Positions 56,007 through 64,000 of a stretch of DNA of 64,000 nt are shown piece after piece (position 1 is the stretch's first letter; every line of letters starts with the position of its first letter). The translations under genes were made by a program, and so were the position numbers. The notes beneath the pieces were generated by a model. That model saw only the letters and a program-made list of their open reading frames with translations. It was not told where the DNA came from and made no database searches. The DNA comes from Dehalococcoidia bacterium (GTDB lineage: Bacteria > Chloroflexota > Dehalococcoidia > Lucifugimonadales > UBA3495). The stretch spans positions 622,358 through 686,357 of the forward strand of contig OY763929.1 of the NCBI GenBank assembly GCA_963667675.1. The letters run 5' to 3'.

Positions 56007-57029
56007 CTACGTCCCCCGTCCCTGCTTGACCCTCTCCCGAGACGCCAGGCCTTTTGCCCCGTTTTGTGGATGCCGCCAGCTGTCCAGAAGCGACGCCCGG
56101 TGTACGCATTGCAGGGTGCAGTAGGGGGCGCAGGGCTTCTCGGAGAAGTGTTCTCTGCGCATGTCCTCACGGGTGTAGCCTTCCAAGGGAACTCCGGGAT
56201 AACCCTTTTGCTGGGAACACCAGTGCACCAGCCCGAACTCGTCCACGTACAGGAACCGTGAGCCGGCGCGGCACTTCCAGTTGTTGGGCTTGCCCCGGGC
56301 CAGGTTCTCTTGGAACGAGTCCACCAGGCCGAAGCCCATACCCGCCCGCTTCTTGATTTTCCGGTAGACCACTCGTTCCCGTTCGTCCAGGGGCTTCATG
56401 CGCCCCTGCCCGTCGTGCAGTATTCCCAGGGAAGCGTTGAAGCCCAACTCTTTGGCCCGGTCGGCCACCGCCAGCGCCGCTTCCGGCTCGGAAATCCCGG
56501 CGCCTATAACCGCATTGGCGTTCACCCCGAACTGTGCGTGCTCGGAAAGCAAAGCCAGCTTTTGGTCCAGCACCTTCAGGCTCTTCATCGAGAACTCGTC
56601 GGGGTTTATGTTGTCGATGGATATCTGCAGATAGTCCAGGCCCGCCGCATTGAGCCCTGCAATCCGTTTTTTCGTCAAAAGGTACCCGTTGGTGATCACC
56701 GTCGCTACTATGCCGCGCTTGCGGATGCGGGCAATGACCTCATCCAGGTCGGGATGCAGCAACGGCTCGCCGCCAGTGAGAGTTACTATCGACGTGCCCA
56801 TGGAAGCAAGGCGATCGACGCGCCCCAATAGAGCCTCTACAGGGACGGGGTCAGACACTTGGTCGTATTCGTTGCAATAGGCGCAGGAAAGATTGCACCG
56901 CCGGGTTGCCACCAGGTGGACCAATATCGGATTGCGAGTCCAGACCAACCCCTTGGCCGTCAGCCGCGCTATGCGCAGGCCCCGGTGCGCTTGTGTCGCT
57001 GTCTTTCTAATCGAGTTCAGGCCGGTCAC
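56007..57029 (-). CDS. Radical SAM protein with a Cys-rich C-terminal (SPASM-like) region
   Basis: It has the CxxxCxxC cluster CNLSCAYC and the GGEP motif (LTGGEPLL). C-terminal cysteines are CRAGS…WC…CAPYCTLQC. Confidence 0.85.
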   Translation of the reverse strand: MTGLNSIRKTATQAHRGLRIARLTAKGLVWTRNPILVHLVATRRCNLSCAYCNEYDQVSDPVPVEALLGRVDRLASMGTSIVTLTGGEPLLHPDLDEVIARIRKRGIVATVITNGYLLTKKRIAGLNAAGLDYLQISIDNINPDEFSMKSLKVLDQKLALLSEHAQFGVNANAVIGAGISEPEAALAVADRAKELGFNASLGILHDGQGRMKPLDERERVVYRKIKKRAGMGFGLVDSFQENLARGKPNNWKCRAGSRFLYVDEFGLVHWCSQQKGYPGVPLEGYTREDMRREHFSEKPCAPYCTLQCVHRASLLDSWRHPQNGAKGLASRERVKQGRGT

Positions 57030-57124
57030 CTTCCAAGTTACCGTAGGCTGTCCATTTTAGCAGGCTGGCGCACGACCGGCAGGCAGCAACGTGGTCGCAT
57101 AGCCCCACTGGTCCAGCCCTCACC

Positions 57125-59374
57125 CTAATTCGCTGCGCCCGGCGTCGGGTTGTCTACCGTGCGGAAATCCCCGGTAGCGTCCGGGACCCGGGCATAGCTC
57201 AACCCTTCCCCAGCCTGCCCATCGTTCCAGTCCACGCTATCGACCAAAGCGCCGTCGGCCGTCCACACTCCCAACTCTTCGTCGCTTCCCAGGGCGAATC
57301 CGGGCCAGGCGTCCTTGTCCAATTCGACTTGCAGGTACTCCCCAGGCGCCATCACCAGTCCATCCGGGAAGGCCGCCCGCTTGCTTGGATCCTTCAGGTC
57401 ATCGGCCACGGTGAAGTTAGCCAGGACCAGGTGCGAGTCCGAAGCGTTGTAAAGCTCGAACCAGTCCAGCGGATCCCCTTTAGAGGCCACCTCGTTGATC
57501 ACCAAGCCTGCGTCAGACTCATACGCGATGGAAACAGGCTCCTCAGCATCGTCTCCCCAGCTGCCGAAAACTCCAAAGAAGCTGCCGGAAATCGCCGCGC
57601 CGCTGTCCACGCCCGCCTCGGACAATTCCAGCTTGCCTTCAGTGAACGGCGTGAAGCTGTCCGGCTCGGTGGCCCCGGCTGGAATGGACCATACCCCTCC
57701 CGCTATCTTGTCCTTTCCGATGACCAGTGTTGCGCCGCTTGTCAGGCTTTCTATGGGCATCGCCAGGGTAAAGCCGCCAATCGAGCCGTCATCCTCCAAC
57801 GCAATGCCTGCTAAAGAGGCCAAGTTGTCCAACCCTGGCAAAAGACCCATCTCCTCCGGGCTGGCGTGGCCGGCGATTATCCCTATGCCGTCCAGAGGCT
57901 GTTCCTCCCCGCCAACTGACAGGTAGACGACCTCGCCCTCTCCAAAGGGATTGAAGCTCTTATTGCTTCCCCAATTGGTCTCGAATTTGACCTCCAACGT
58001 GCCAGACTCGCCCGTTGCCGGCGGTGGGTCCGGCCACTCCGGCGGCGGCGTCAGATCCTCCAGTATCTCCGCCCGGCGTTTCTTGATGAACTGCCGCACC
58101 CGCCCCGCATCCGCCGCCGCGCCTGGCCGCGCCTCGGCCAAGGAGTGTTCCTCCACGATGGCAGCCATTGTGTCAACCAAGGCCAGCAGTTCTTCCTCAT
58201 CCCAAGCCGTGTCCAGAATCTCCTTCAACTCGGCGACGTACCGGGCCCGCCACTCTGCGTCGTTATACAGCCGGTTGGCGATGGCCGCCAGCGCCAGCAC
58301 CGAGGGCGGAGGCTCCGTAACGTGATCGAACACGTTGGGGTCTTCCTCCAAGTGGAAGGTGCTGTCCACCCCCCAGGGAATGAACACGAACTTGCCGCCG
58401 GGTTCCCGGTAGAACCAGTAGTTGTTGCGGTTCCCGGCATACCCGTCCCAGTGCCCCACCAGCACCTCCGTGGCCCAGAACGACAGAAATCTGTCCAGGT
58501 CAACCACCGCAGCCAGTGCTTCCAGGCCGGCGTCAGACGGGTCCTGGAGGGCGGCCACCACCGCATTGATGCCCGACCAGTCGTTTTCCTCCTCGTTGTT
58601 CTTCTTTTCTATCGTTCCCCGGTATTCGGGAGTGAAGTCGCTCACCGTTCCTTCGTACAAGTTGCCTTCTGCGCTGTCGAAGTGCCGGGCCAAAAACGGA
58701 ACCTTGATTTCCTCGACGTGAACGTACAGGCCCAGGTCCTTGCCGTTGACTGTCACCGTGGCGAAGTTGCACCGTGGCGCAGGGGAACCGGCGGAGGCGA
58801 AGACGTGGAGAGTCAGGCAGGTGTTGATCATTGACGAGTCCTGAACGCTGTTGTTCAGGGTCATCCGCTCCATGACCCCGCTCAGAGACTGGCCGTCCAC
58901 GTACTTGTCGAACCGCAGCTTCAGCGCCGGTTTGGTGTCGCTCTGCGAGCCCAGGAACCCCTTCTTGCGGACGCCCACTTCAGTGTGGGTCTCACCGTCC
59001 ACAGTCACCGTGGCGGAGAACCAGGTGTAAATGTCCGAGAAGGGCCGGGATAGCTGGTATTCTTCAATTTCCGCCAGCACGTCCTCGAAGGTCCTGGTCT
59101 GGTGTCGCAGCGTGTCCCAGTCTTCGGGCGCAATCTCAATTTCGACCTCCAGCACCCGCTCCATGGCAAAGAATGCATCGCTGGGGTCGATTTCGACAAC
59201 CAGTGTTGGCGTCGCCGGCGGCTGTTCCTGCATTGGAGCAGACGTCGCCGCGGCAGTGGGTGTTGTCACCGCTGTTGGTGCTGCCGCCGTAGCGGGCGTA
59301 GCCGCCGCAGTTGGCGCGTCCTTCTCATCAGTGTCTGACCCGCACCCGGCCGTTGCCAGCAGCATGCCAGCCAC
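57125..59374 (-). CDS. CotH-family kinase-like lipoprotein with a C-terminal lamin-tail domain
   Basis: It has a lipobox LATAGC and the CotH core (NNYWFYREPGGKFVFIPWGVDSTF). The LTD signature is VINEVASKGDPLDWFELYN. Confidence 0.8.
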   Translation of the reverse strand: MAGMLLATAGCGSDTDEKDAPTAAATPATAAAPTAVTTPTAAATSAPMQEQPPATPTLVVEIDPSDAFFAMERVLEVEIEIAPEDWDTLRHQTRTFEDVLAEIEEYQLSRPFSDIYTWFSATVTVDGETHTEVGVRKKGFLGSQSDTKPALKLRFDKYVDGQSLSGVMERMTLNNSVQDSSMINTCLTLHVFASAGSPAPRCNFATVTVNGKDLGLYVHVEEIKVPFLARHFDSAEGNLYEGTVSDFTPEYRGTIEKKNNEEENDWSGINAVVAALQDPSDAGLEALAAVVDLDRFLSFWATEVLVGHWDGYAGNRNNYWFYREPGGKFVFIPWGVDSTFHLEEDPNVFDHVTEPPPSVLALAAIANRLYNDAEWRARYVAELKEILDTAWDEEELLALVDTMAAIVEEHSLAEARPGAAADAGRVRQFIKKRRAEILEDLTPPPEWPDPPPATGESGTLEVKFETNWGSNKSFNPFGEGEVVYLSVGGEEQPLDGIGIIAGHASPEEMGLLPGLDNLASLAGIALEDDGSIGGFTLAMPIESLTSGATLVIGKDKIAGGVWSIPAGATEPDSFTPFTEGKLELSEAGVDSGAAISGSFFGVFGSWGDDAEEPVSIAYESDAGLVINEVASKGDPLDWFELYNASDSHLVLANFTVADDLKDPSKRAAFPDGLVMAPGEYLQVELDKDAWPGFALGSDEELGVWTADGALVDSVDWNDGQAGEGLSYARVPDATGDFRTVDNPTPGAAN

Positions 59375-59462
59375 GGCCCCCGCCGCTAGCAGCGTGAATA
59401 TACCCTTGGGTAGATATTGGAATTTCGTGTGTGCCCCCCTTCTCGGTCCCTCTTCCGCCGGC

Positions 59463-60431
59463 CTAGGGCGTTAACAACACCTTCCCGGTGGTCAGGCGGC
59501 CCTCCAACTGCCGATGTGCCTCATGGGCCTCTGACAGCGGCAGATTGAGGCTGATGTTCAGCTTCAACTGTCCCGTGGCTACCCAGTCCAGGACCTCGTT
59601 AGCCCGCCGCAACAGCTCCTCCCGCGTGGCGGTGAAGTCCGCCAGTGTGGGCCGGGTCAATGACAGGGAGCCGTTCCAGAGTATGGTCGTGTCGACGGGA
59701 GGGATCAGCCCGCTGGCCGACCCGTACAGTGCCATGTACCCCCGCCGCCCCAGGCAGTTCATTCCCTTGGCGAAGGTGCTCAACCCCACCGAGTCGTACA
59801 CGATCTTCACCCCCTGCCCACCGGTGGCCCTCTTCACTTCCTCCTCGAAGTCGTGCTGCGTGTAGTTGATCACTACGTCGGCGCCGAGGCCTCGCGCTAC
59901 CTCAGCCTTGGCATCAGTGGAAACCGTGGTAAACACCTGGGCCCCCACCTGTTTGAGCATCTGGATGAGCATCGATCCCATTCCACCGGCTCCGGCGTGC
60001 ACCAGCGCCGCGTCCCCCGGGTTCAGTCGGACGATGTCGAACACCAGGAAATGGGCGGTCATCGCCTGGATCATTGTGGCCGCCGCTGTGGCAAACTCCA
60101 TGCCTTCAGGAAGCCGTACCACCAACCAGGACGGGACCGCTTGCCGCTCGGCGTAGGTCCCCGTGTACATGGCGTAGGCCACCCGGTCTCCCACAGAAAC
60201 TTCGCTGACACCCTCACCCACCGCGGTGACCACCCCCGCGGCCTCCCGGCCTGGTGTCCAGGGAAGGTCTCCCGGAGGCGTGGCCCCTCGGCGGCTGGCA
60301 ACGTCTGTGAAATTGACCCCGATGGCCTTGATGTCGACCAAAGTCTCTCCGGGCCCCGGGCTGGGATCGGGCGCATCCTCGTACAAGAGCACTTCGGGCC
60401 CGCCCGTCTCATGGATCCTCACGGTTTTCAT
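59463..60431 (-). CDS. NADPH:quinone oxidoreductase (MDR/zeta-crystallin family)
   Basis: It has the MDR fold with VHAGAGGMGS as the nucleotide-binding motif. Confidence 0.85.
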   Translation of the reverse strand: MKTVRIHETGGPEVLLYEDAPDPSPGPGETLVDIKAIGVNFTDVASRRGATPPGDLPWTPGREAAGVVTAVGEGVSEVSVGDRVAYAMYTGTYAERQAVPSWLVVRLPEGMEFATAAATMIQAMTAHFLVFDIVRLNPGDAALVHAGAGGMGSMLIQMLKQVGAQVFTTVSTDAKAEVARGLGADVVINYTQHDFEEEVKRATGGQGVKIVYDSVGLSTFAKGMNCLGRRGYMALYGSASGLIPPVDTTILWNGSLSLTRPTLADFTATREELLRRANEVLDWVATGQLKLNISLNLPLSEAHEAHRQLEGRLTTGKVLLTP

Positions 60432-60599
60432 TGCGCCTCCGCTGAAACAAGGGTGTCCGACTCCCCGAAAGAGTACAGGAAATGGGCGCTTCTGGAAAGC
60501 CGGCCGGCAATGCAGCAGAGTTTACATGCCCCATCCCGTGTGGTGTACTAATGGGCGTCGCTGCCGCATGGATTTACCCGCACGGAGGAGAGCATCGTT

Positions 60600-61370
60600 A
60601 TGAGCGCCCAGGCTGTCATCGTCGACAAGACGGACCGCGTCGCAGTCCTCACCTTGAACCGCCCCAAGGTGTTGAACGCCATGAACCTCCAACTCGTCCG
60701 AGAGTTGGACATCGCGTTGACCGAGTTCGAACACGACGACGGCGTGGGAGCGATAATCATCACCGGGGCGGGAGAGCGGGCTTTCTCCGCCGGCGCGGAC
60801 ATTCACGAGAACCGGGAAATCACCGACGAGGAACGGCCCCGGTACTCCGCCGAAAGAACGCAGCACACCTGGCGACTGGCCACCTATCCCAAGCCCATTA
60901 TCGGTGCCATCAACGGGCTGTGCTACGGCGGAGGCACGGTCCTCGCCACGTCCCTGGACTTTCTTATTGGCTGCGAGCGCACCAGCTTCCGGTTCCTGGC
61001 CGTCAACTACGGCCAGATGAACGCCACCTGGAGCCTCCCCACCATACTCGGCTGGCCCCGGGTCAAAGAACTACTCTACAGCGGCCGCGAGGTGTTCGCC
61101 GAGGAGTCCTACCGCATCGGCCTCATCAACCACCTGGTTTCATCCGGCGAGTTGCTGGACAAGGCGGTGGAGGCCGCCTCCGGTATCGCCAAGAACCGCG
61201 TCGCCTCCGTGGCCAACATCAAGCAGATTCTGTTGGAACACACGGGACTATCCCTGGAGCAACAATACATGGCCGAGGTCGAAGGACGGCAAGACCGCTT
61301 CAAGGGACTCTCGGTGGAAGAAGGCTTCGCCGACTTTCTCAACCGCAAGGGCCGCAAGCCGCGGGCCTAA
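60600..61370 (+). CDS. Enoyl-CoA hydratase/isomerase family protein
   Basis: It contains VAVLTLNRPKVLNAM…GAGERAFSAGADI…INGLCYGGG. Confidence 0.85.
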   Translation: MSAQAVIVDKTDRVAVLTLNRPKVLNAMNLQLVRELDIALTEFEHDDGVGAIIITGAGERAFSAGADIHENREITDEERPRYSAERTQHTWRLATYPKPIIGAINGLCYGGGTVLATSLDFLIGCERTSFRFLAVNYGQMNATWSLPTILGWPRVKELLYSGREVFAEESYRIGLINHLVSSGELLDKAVEAASGIAKNRVASVANIKQILLEHTGLSLEQQYMAEVEGRQDRFKGLSVEEGFADFLNRKGRKPRA

Positions 61371-61382
61371 CCCGATCCAGCC

Positions 61383-61823
61383 ATGTCCCAGGAACCCACT
61401 GTCCCACGGTTGCCCCTGGGCCGCGCCGGGTTGGAGCCAGACGCCGCGGCGCCCGACGGCTCCGAGATTCGCTTCCTCATCGACCACCGTCACGGCGCCC
61501 GCCGCGCCAGCATGGTCCACGTTACCCTGCCCGCCGGACAGGTCTCCCGCCCCGTCTGGCACCGCACTGTGGAAGAGATCTGGTACGTCCTGGAAGGCCG
61601 CGGCCAGGTGTGGCGCTGCCCGCCAGGCGCTCCCGCCGAGTCTGTGGCCCCGGTATCCGTCGCCCCAGGCGATGCCCTGGTCATACCAACCGGCTGGCGT
61701 TTCCAGTTCGCCGCCGGCGCAGACGCACCGCTGAGGTTCCTGTGCTACACGTCCCCTCCATGGCCCGGCCCCGAAGAAGCCCAGGACGCCGGACACGGCG
61801 GCCTGGGCCCATCAACCGTATGA
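61383..61823 (+). CDS. Cupin-domain protein
   Basis: It has the two-motif cupin pattern (H…E.WYVLEG.G… P.G..H.f-like). Confidence 0.65.
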   Translation: MSQEPTVPRLPLGRAGLEPDAAAPDGSEIRFLIDHRHGARRASMVHVTLPAGQVSRPVWHRTVEEIWYVLEGRGQVWRCPPGAPAESVAPVSVAPGDALVIPTGWRFQFAAGADAPLRFLCYTSPPWPGPEEAQDAGHGGLGPSTV

Positions 61824-61913
61824 TCGGGCAGAGCTACCCCCGCTTATTGCAAGCCTATGCAAGCTGTCGTTGCGTTGCCCTAAGACCATTGCAAGGCCCG
61901 CGGGTAGGTTGCC

Positions 61914-61945
61914 CGTTCGCCCTGAGGGAAATCGAAGGGCGAACG
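61914..61945. repeat. REP-like hairpin (type B)
   Basis: The sequence is CGTTCGCCCtgagggaaatcgaaGGGCGAACG, with a perfect 9-bp stem. Confidence 0.65.
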
Positions 61946-62034
61946 GACAACCGTCGTTGCACCTAAGGTCTCCCTATTGCGGCTGCGATAAGACTTACTG
62001 GCGAACTTATGACACCAAAGGCTCTACCCAATAC

Positions 62035-62367
62035 CTAACGCCGCAAGGTCAGTCGTTCCGCCGCCAGCCGATTCATGCTGACACCCGCTTCCGCCGCGTC
62101 CATCGCTAGCGCCCGGTGAGTGTCCGGCGGAATGCGGAGCGTAATTGTCCCGCTGTACCTCCGTGTTGATAGCGGTTCCGGTACTGGCTTGCCTTCCTCC
62201 CGTAACCAGTCGACTGAGAAGGCGACCAAGTCCCTTATGCCTGCCAATGCCTTGTAGGGTGAGTCGTCCAAGTGGCTGAGGCCCTCGAATTCTAGGCAAG
62301 TACCCACGTACTCTTGGTCCTCGTCGGACCAGAATACGCGGTAGGTGTATCGCTCGCAGTCGTTCAT
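62035..62367 (-). CDS. hicB: HicB-family antitoxin (HicB fold plus C-terminal RHH)
   Basis: From ATG 62367 (GGAGG upstream) the ORF reads MNDCERYTYRVFWSDEDQEYVGTCLEFEGLSHLDDSPYKALAGI… It ends in …LRIPPDTHRALAMDAAEAGVSMNRLAAERL. Confidence 0.75.
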   Translation of the reverse strand: MNDCERYTYRVFWSDEDQEYVGTCLEFEGLSHLDDSPYKALAGIRDLVAFSVDWLREEGKPVPEPLSTRRYSGTITLRIPPDTHRALAMDAAEAGVSMNRLAAERLTLRR

Positions 62368-62481
62368 TTCAGCGCCTCCACGAGCTTGTCCACGCAAAAA
62401 TGATAGCAATAATGCCATCACCAATCAAGAGCGGATATGTCTTTCAGGAAGTAATCTGCCCTTGCCATCAAGCCGCCCCAA

Positions 62482-62511
62482 TTGACACCCTAGCCACACC
62501 TGCTCTATACT
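62482..62511 (+). promoter_or_regulatory. Near-consensus sigma70-type promoter for the trpE leader
   Basis: TTGACA (62482-62487) is followed by an 18-nt spacer and TATACT (62506-62511). Confidence 0.5.
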
Positions 62512-62517
62512 CACACT

Positions 62518-62848
62518 CGCGAAATCGAATACTCAAAGGCTGTGAAGGGGAGTAGTAGGCTTCGAGCGAGGCCCAGAGAGCCGGGTTAGGTGGGAGCCGG
62601 CGCCGGACGCAGAAGCACAAATGGACCCCGGAGCCGCAGGCCGATCACCGGAGAGCTATCAAAGGCTATCCGGCGCTAGGCTGGGACGGTTGGGCGCCGT
62701 TAAAGGCCCACGGCACAGGGACCGCCTAGACTTAAGGTCCCTCCCGCCGGGTAAGATGTCGGCCGGTCCCGTCTAGAGCATGGGGACGGGCTGAAAACAA
62801 GGGTGGCAACGCGGCCAGGACCCGTCCCTTTGAGGGACGGGTTTTTTG
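62518..62848 (+). promoter_or_regulatory. T-box riboswitch leader, predicted Trp-specific
   Basis: It has a GA/AGUA K-turn region (62543-62554) and the AGAGAG plus GGUUAGGUGGGA distal Stem I motifs (62575-62595). The specifier is UGG followed by A (62622-62625). The T-box sequence is AACAAGGGTGGCAACGCGG (62796-62814). GGGGACGGG (62782-62790) can pair alternatively with the 5' arm of the terminator. Confidence 0.75.
62820..62848 (+). terminator. Intrinsic terminator of the T-box leader
   Basis: ACCCGTCCC-tttga-GGGACGGGT is followed by TTTTTTGTTT, about 35 nt upstream of the trpE ATG. Confidence 0.75.
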
Positions 62849-62880
62849 TTTGCCGTGCCGCCGCCGGTTTGGAGAAATCC

Positions 62881-64000
62881 ATGTACTACCCAAGTCTGGA
62901 AGAAGTCAAAGCAATGGCCGGAAGGGGCAACCTGGTCCCGGTGTACCGCTCCATTAACGCCGACCTGGAAACCCCCGTTTCCGCCTATCTCAAGGTGGCC
63001 CGCCCTCCCTACTCGTTCTTGCTGGAGAGCGTAGCCGGGGGCGAGCGCATCGGCCGCTACAGCTTCATCGGCACCGACCCTTATAAGGTCATCAAGACCG
63101 GACCGGGCCAGCCTAACGGCCAAATCGACCCGCTGACTCTTGTCCAGGCCGAGATGGACCAGTACAAGCTGGTACCCGTCGATGACCTTCCCAGGTTCCA
63201 CGGCGGCGCCGTGGGTTACCTGGCCTACGACACCATCAGCTACTTCGAACCCCGGGTGCCCCCCATGCCCGCCGACCCCCAGGGTCTGCCTGAGTCGGTG
63301 TTTACCTTCGTAGACACTCTTTTGGTCTTCGACCATCTGCGGCACGACATCAAGGTGGTCAGCCACGTCAGGCTCAACGGCGACATCCCCGCGGCGTACG
63401 CCCAGGCCACCGCCAAAATCGACGACATGGTGCGCCGCCTAGCCCAGCCGTTGGAGTTGTCCCAGGACCTCCGGGGGCCGTCCGAGTCTGCCGGCGATGG
63501 GGAAGTCCGCTCCAACTTCACCCGTGAGGAATACGGAGCGGCGGTGGAGCAGGCTGTAGAGTACATCTACGCTGGAGAAGTGATCCAGGTGGTCAACTCC
63601 CAGCGGTTCTCCCGTCGCACCAACGTCCACCCCTTCCAGGTCTATCGTTCCCTGAGGAGCATCAACCCCTCACCCTACATGTACTACCTGGACCTTGACG
63701 GGTTCAACATCGTGGGCGCCGCCATCGAAACGGTCGTCGCCGTCGAGGACGGTATAGCGGCCACCCACCCCATCGCTGGCACCAGGCCCCGGGGCCGCAC
63801 CCCCGAAGAAGACGACGCCCTGGAGAATGAGCTCAAGACCAGCGAGAAGCAGCGCGCCGAGCACATCATGCTGGTAGACCTGGGTCGTAACGACATAGGC
63901 CGGGTCAGCCTCCCCGGCACCGTGTCGGTCACCCAGTTGATGGACGTCGAACGCTTCTCCCACGTGATGCACCTGGTTTCCCACGTGGAAGGCCGTCTCA
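62881..64000 (+). CDS. trpE: Anthranilate synthase component I (5' part; continues beyond the window)
   Basis: This was translated manually because there is no stop in the window. The ORF reads MYYPSLEEVKAMAGRGNLVPVYRSINADLETPVSAYLK…LLESV…GRYSFIG…, then SPYMYYL…GTRPRG…AEHIMLVDLGRNDIGRV. Confidence 0.9.
   Translation, partial: MYYPSLEEVKAMAGRGNLVPVYRSINADLETPVSAYLKVARPPYSFLLESVAGGERIGRYSFIGTDPYKVIKTGPGQPNGQIDPLTLVQAEMDQYKLVPVDDLPRFHGGAVGYLAYDTISYFEPRVPPMPADPQGLPESVFTFVDTLLVFDHLRHDIKVVSHVRLNGDIPAAYAQATAKIDDMVRRLAQPLELSQDLRGPSESAGDGEVRSNFTREEYGAAVEQAVEYIYAGEVIQVVNSQRFSRRTNVHPFQVYRSLRSINPSPYMYYLDLDGFNIVGAAIETVVAVEDGIAATHPIAGTRPRGRTPEEDDALENELKTSEKQRAEHIMLVDLGRNDIGRVSLPGTVSVTQLMDVERFSHVMHLVSHVEGRL

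Overview
This is a high-GC bacterial chromosomal window. F420/LLM-type oxidoreductases, hflKC-ftsH, a T-box leader and GC-rich REP-like hairpins hint at a Chloroflexota-like lineage, but taxonomy cannot be established from sequence alone. Most of it is housekeeping: sucCD, hflKC, ftsH, dxs, glnA, pth, ligA, rpiB, trpE, bioY, cobO and various oxidoreductases and hydratases. Three accessory modules stand out. (1) A complete compact type II-C CRISPR-Cas9 locus at about 27.09-33.6 kb. It has a divergently encoded tracrRNA, cas9-cas1-cas2, and a 22-repeat array. The array appears to be transcribed antisense to the cas genes from a TATAAT box embedded in every repeat. cas1 and cas2 are split by two 75-bp hairpin repeat elements, and one spacer is present in three tandem copies. 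(2) A visibly lower-GC six-ORF operon at 10.9-15.5 kb abuts a tRNA-Cys/tRNA-Leu pair. It encodes three different DNA methyltransferases (DPPY, SPPY, and DPPF fused to an HNH nuclease) plus two uncharacterised proteins. (3) A lower-GC islet at 36.1-40.5 kb lies between glnA and an oxidoreductase. It carries a 1169-aa N-terminal SIR2 protein resembling defence-associated sirtuins, a nested ~100-nt hairpin and an AT-rich membrane ORFan. Other notable items are a Trp-specific T-box leader upstream of trpE, an acyl-AMP ligase-ACP-PlsC fusion, an apparently orphan HicB antitoxin, and a dispersed family of intergenic palindromic repeats. Many long ORFs in the supplied track are antisense or shadow ORFs typical of high-GC DNA and were not called.
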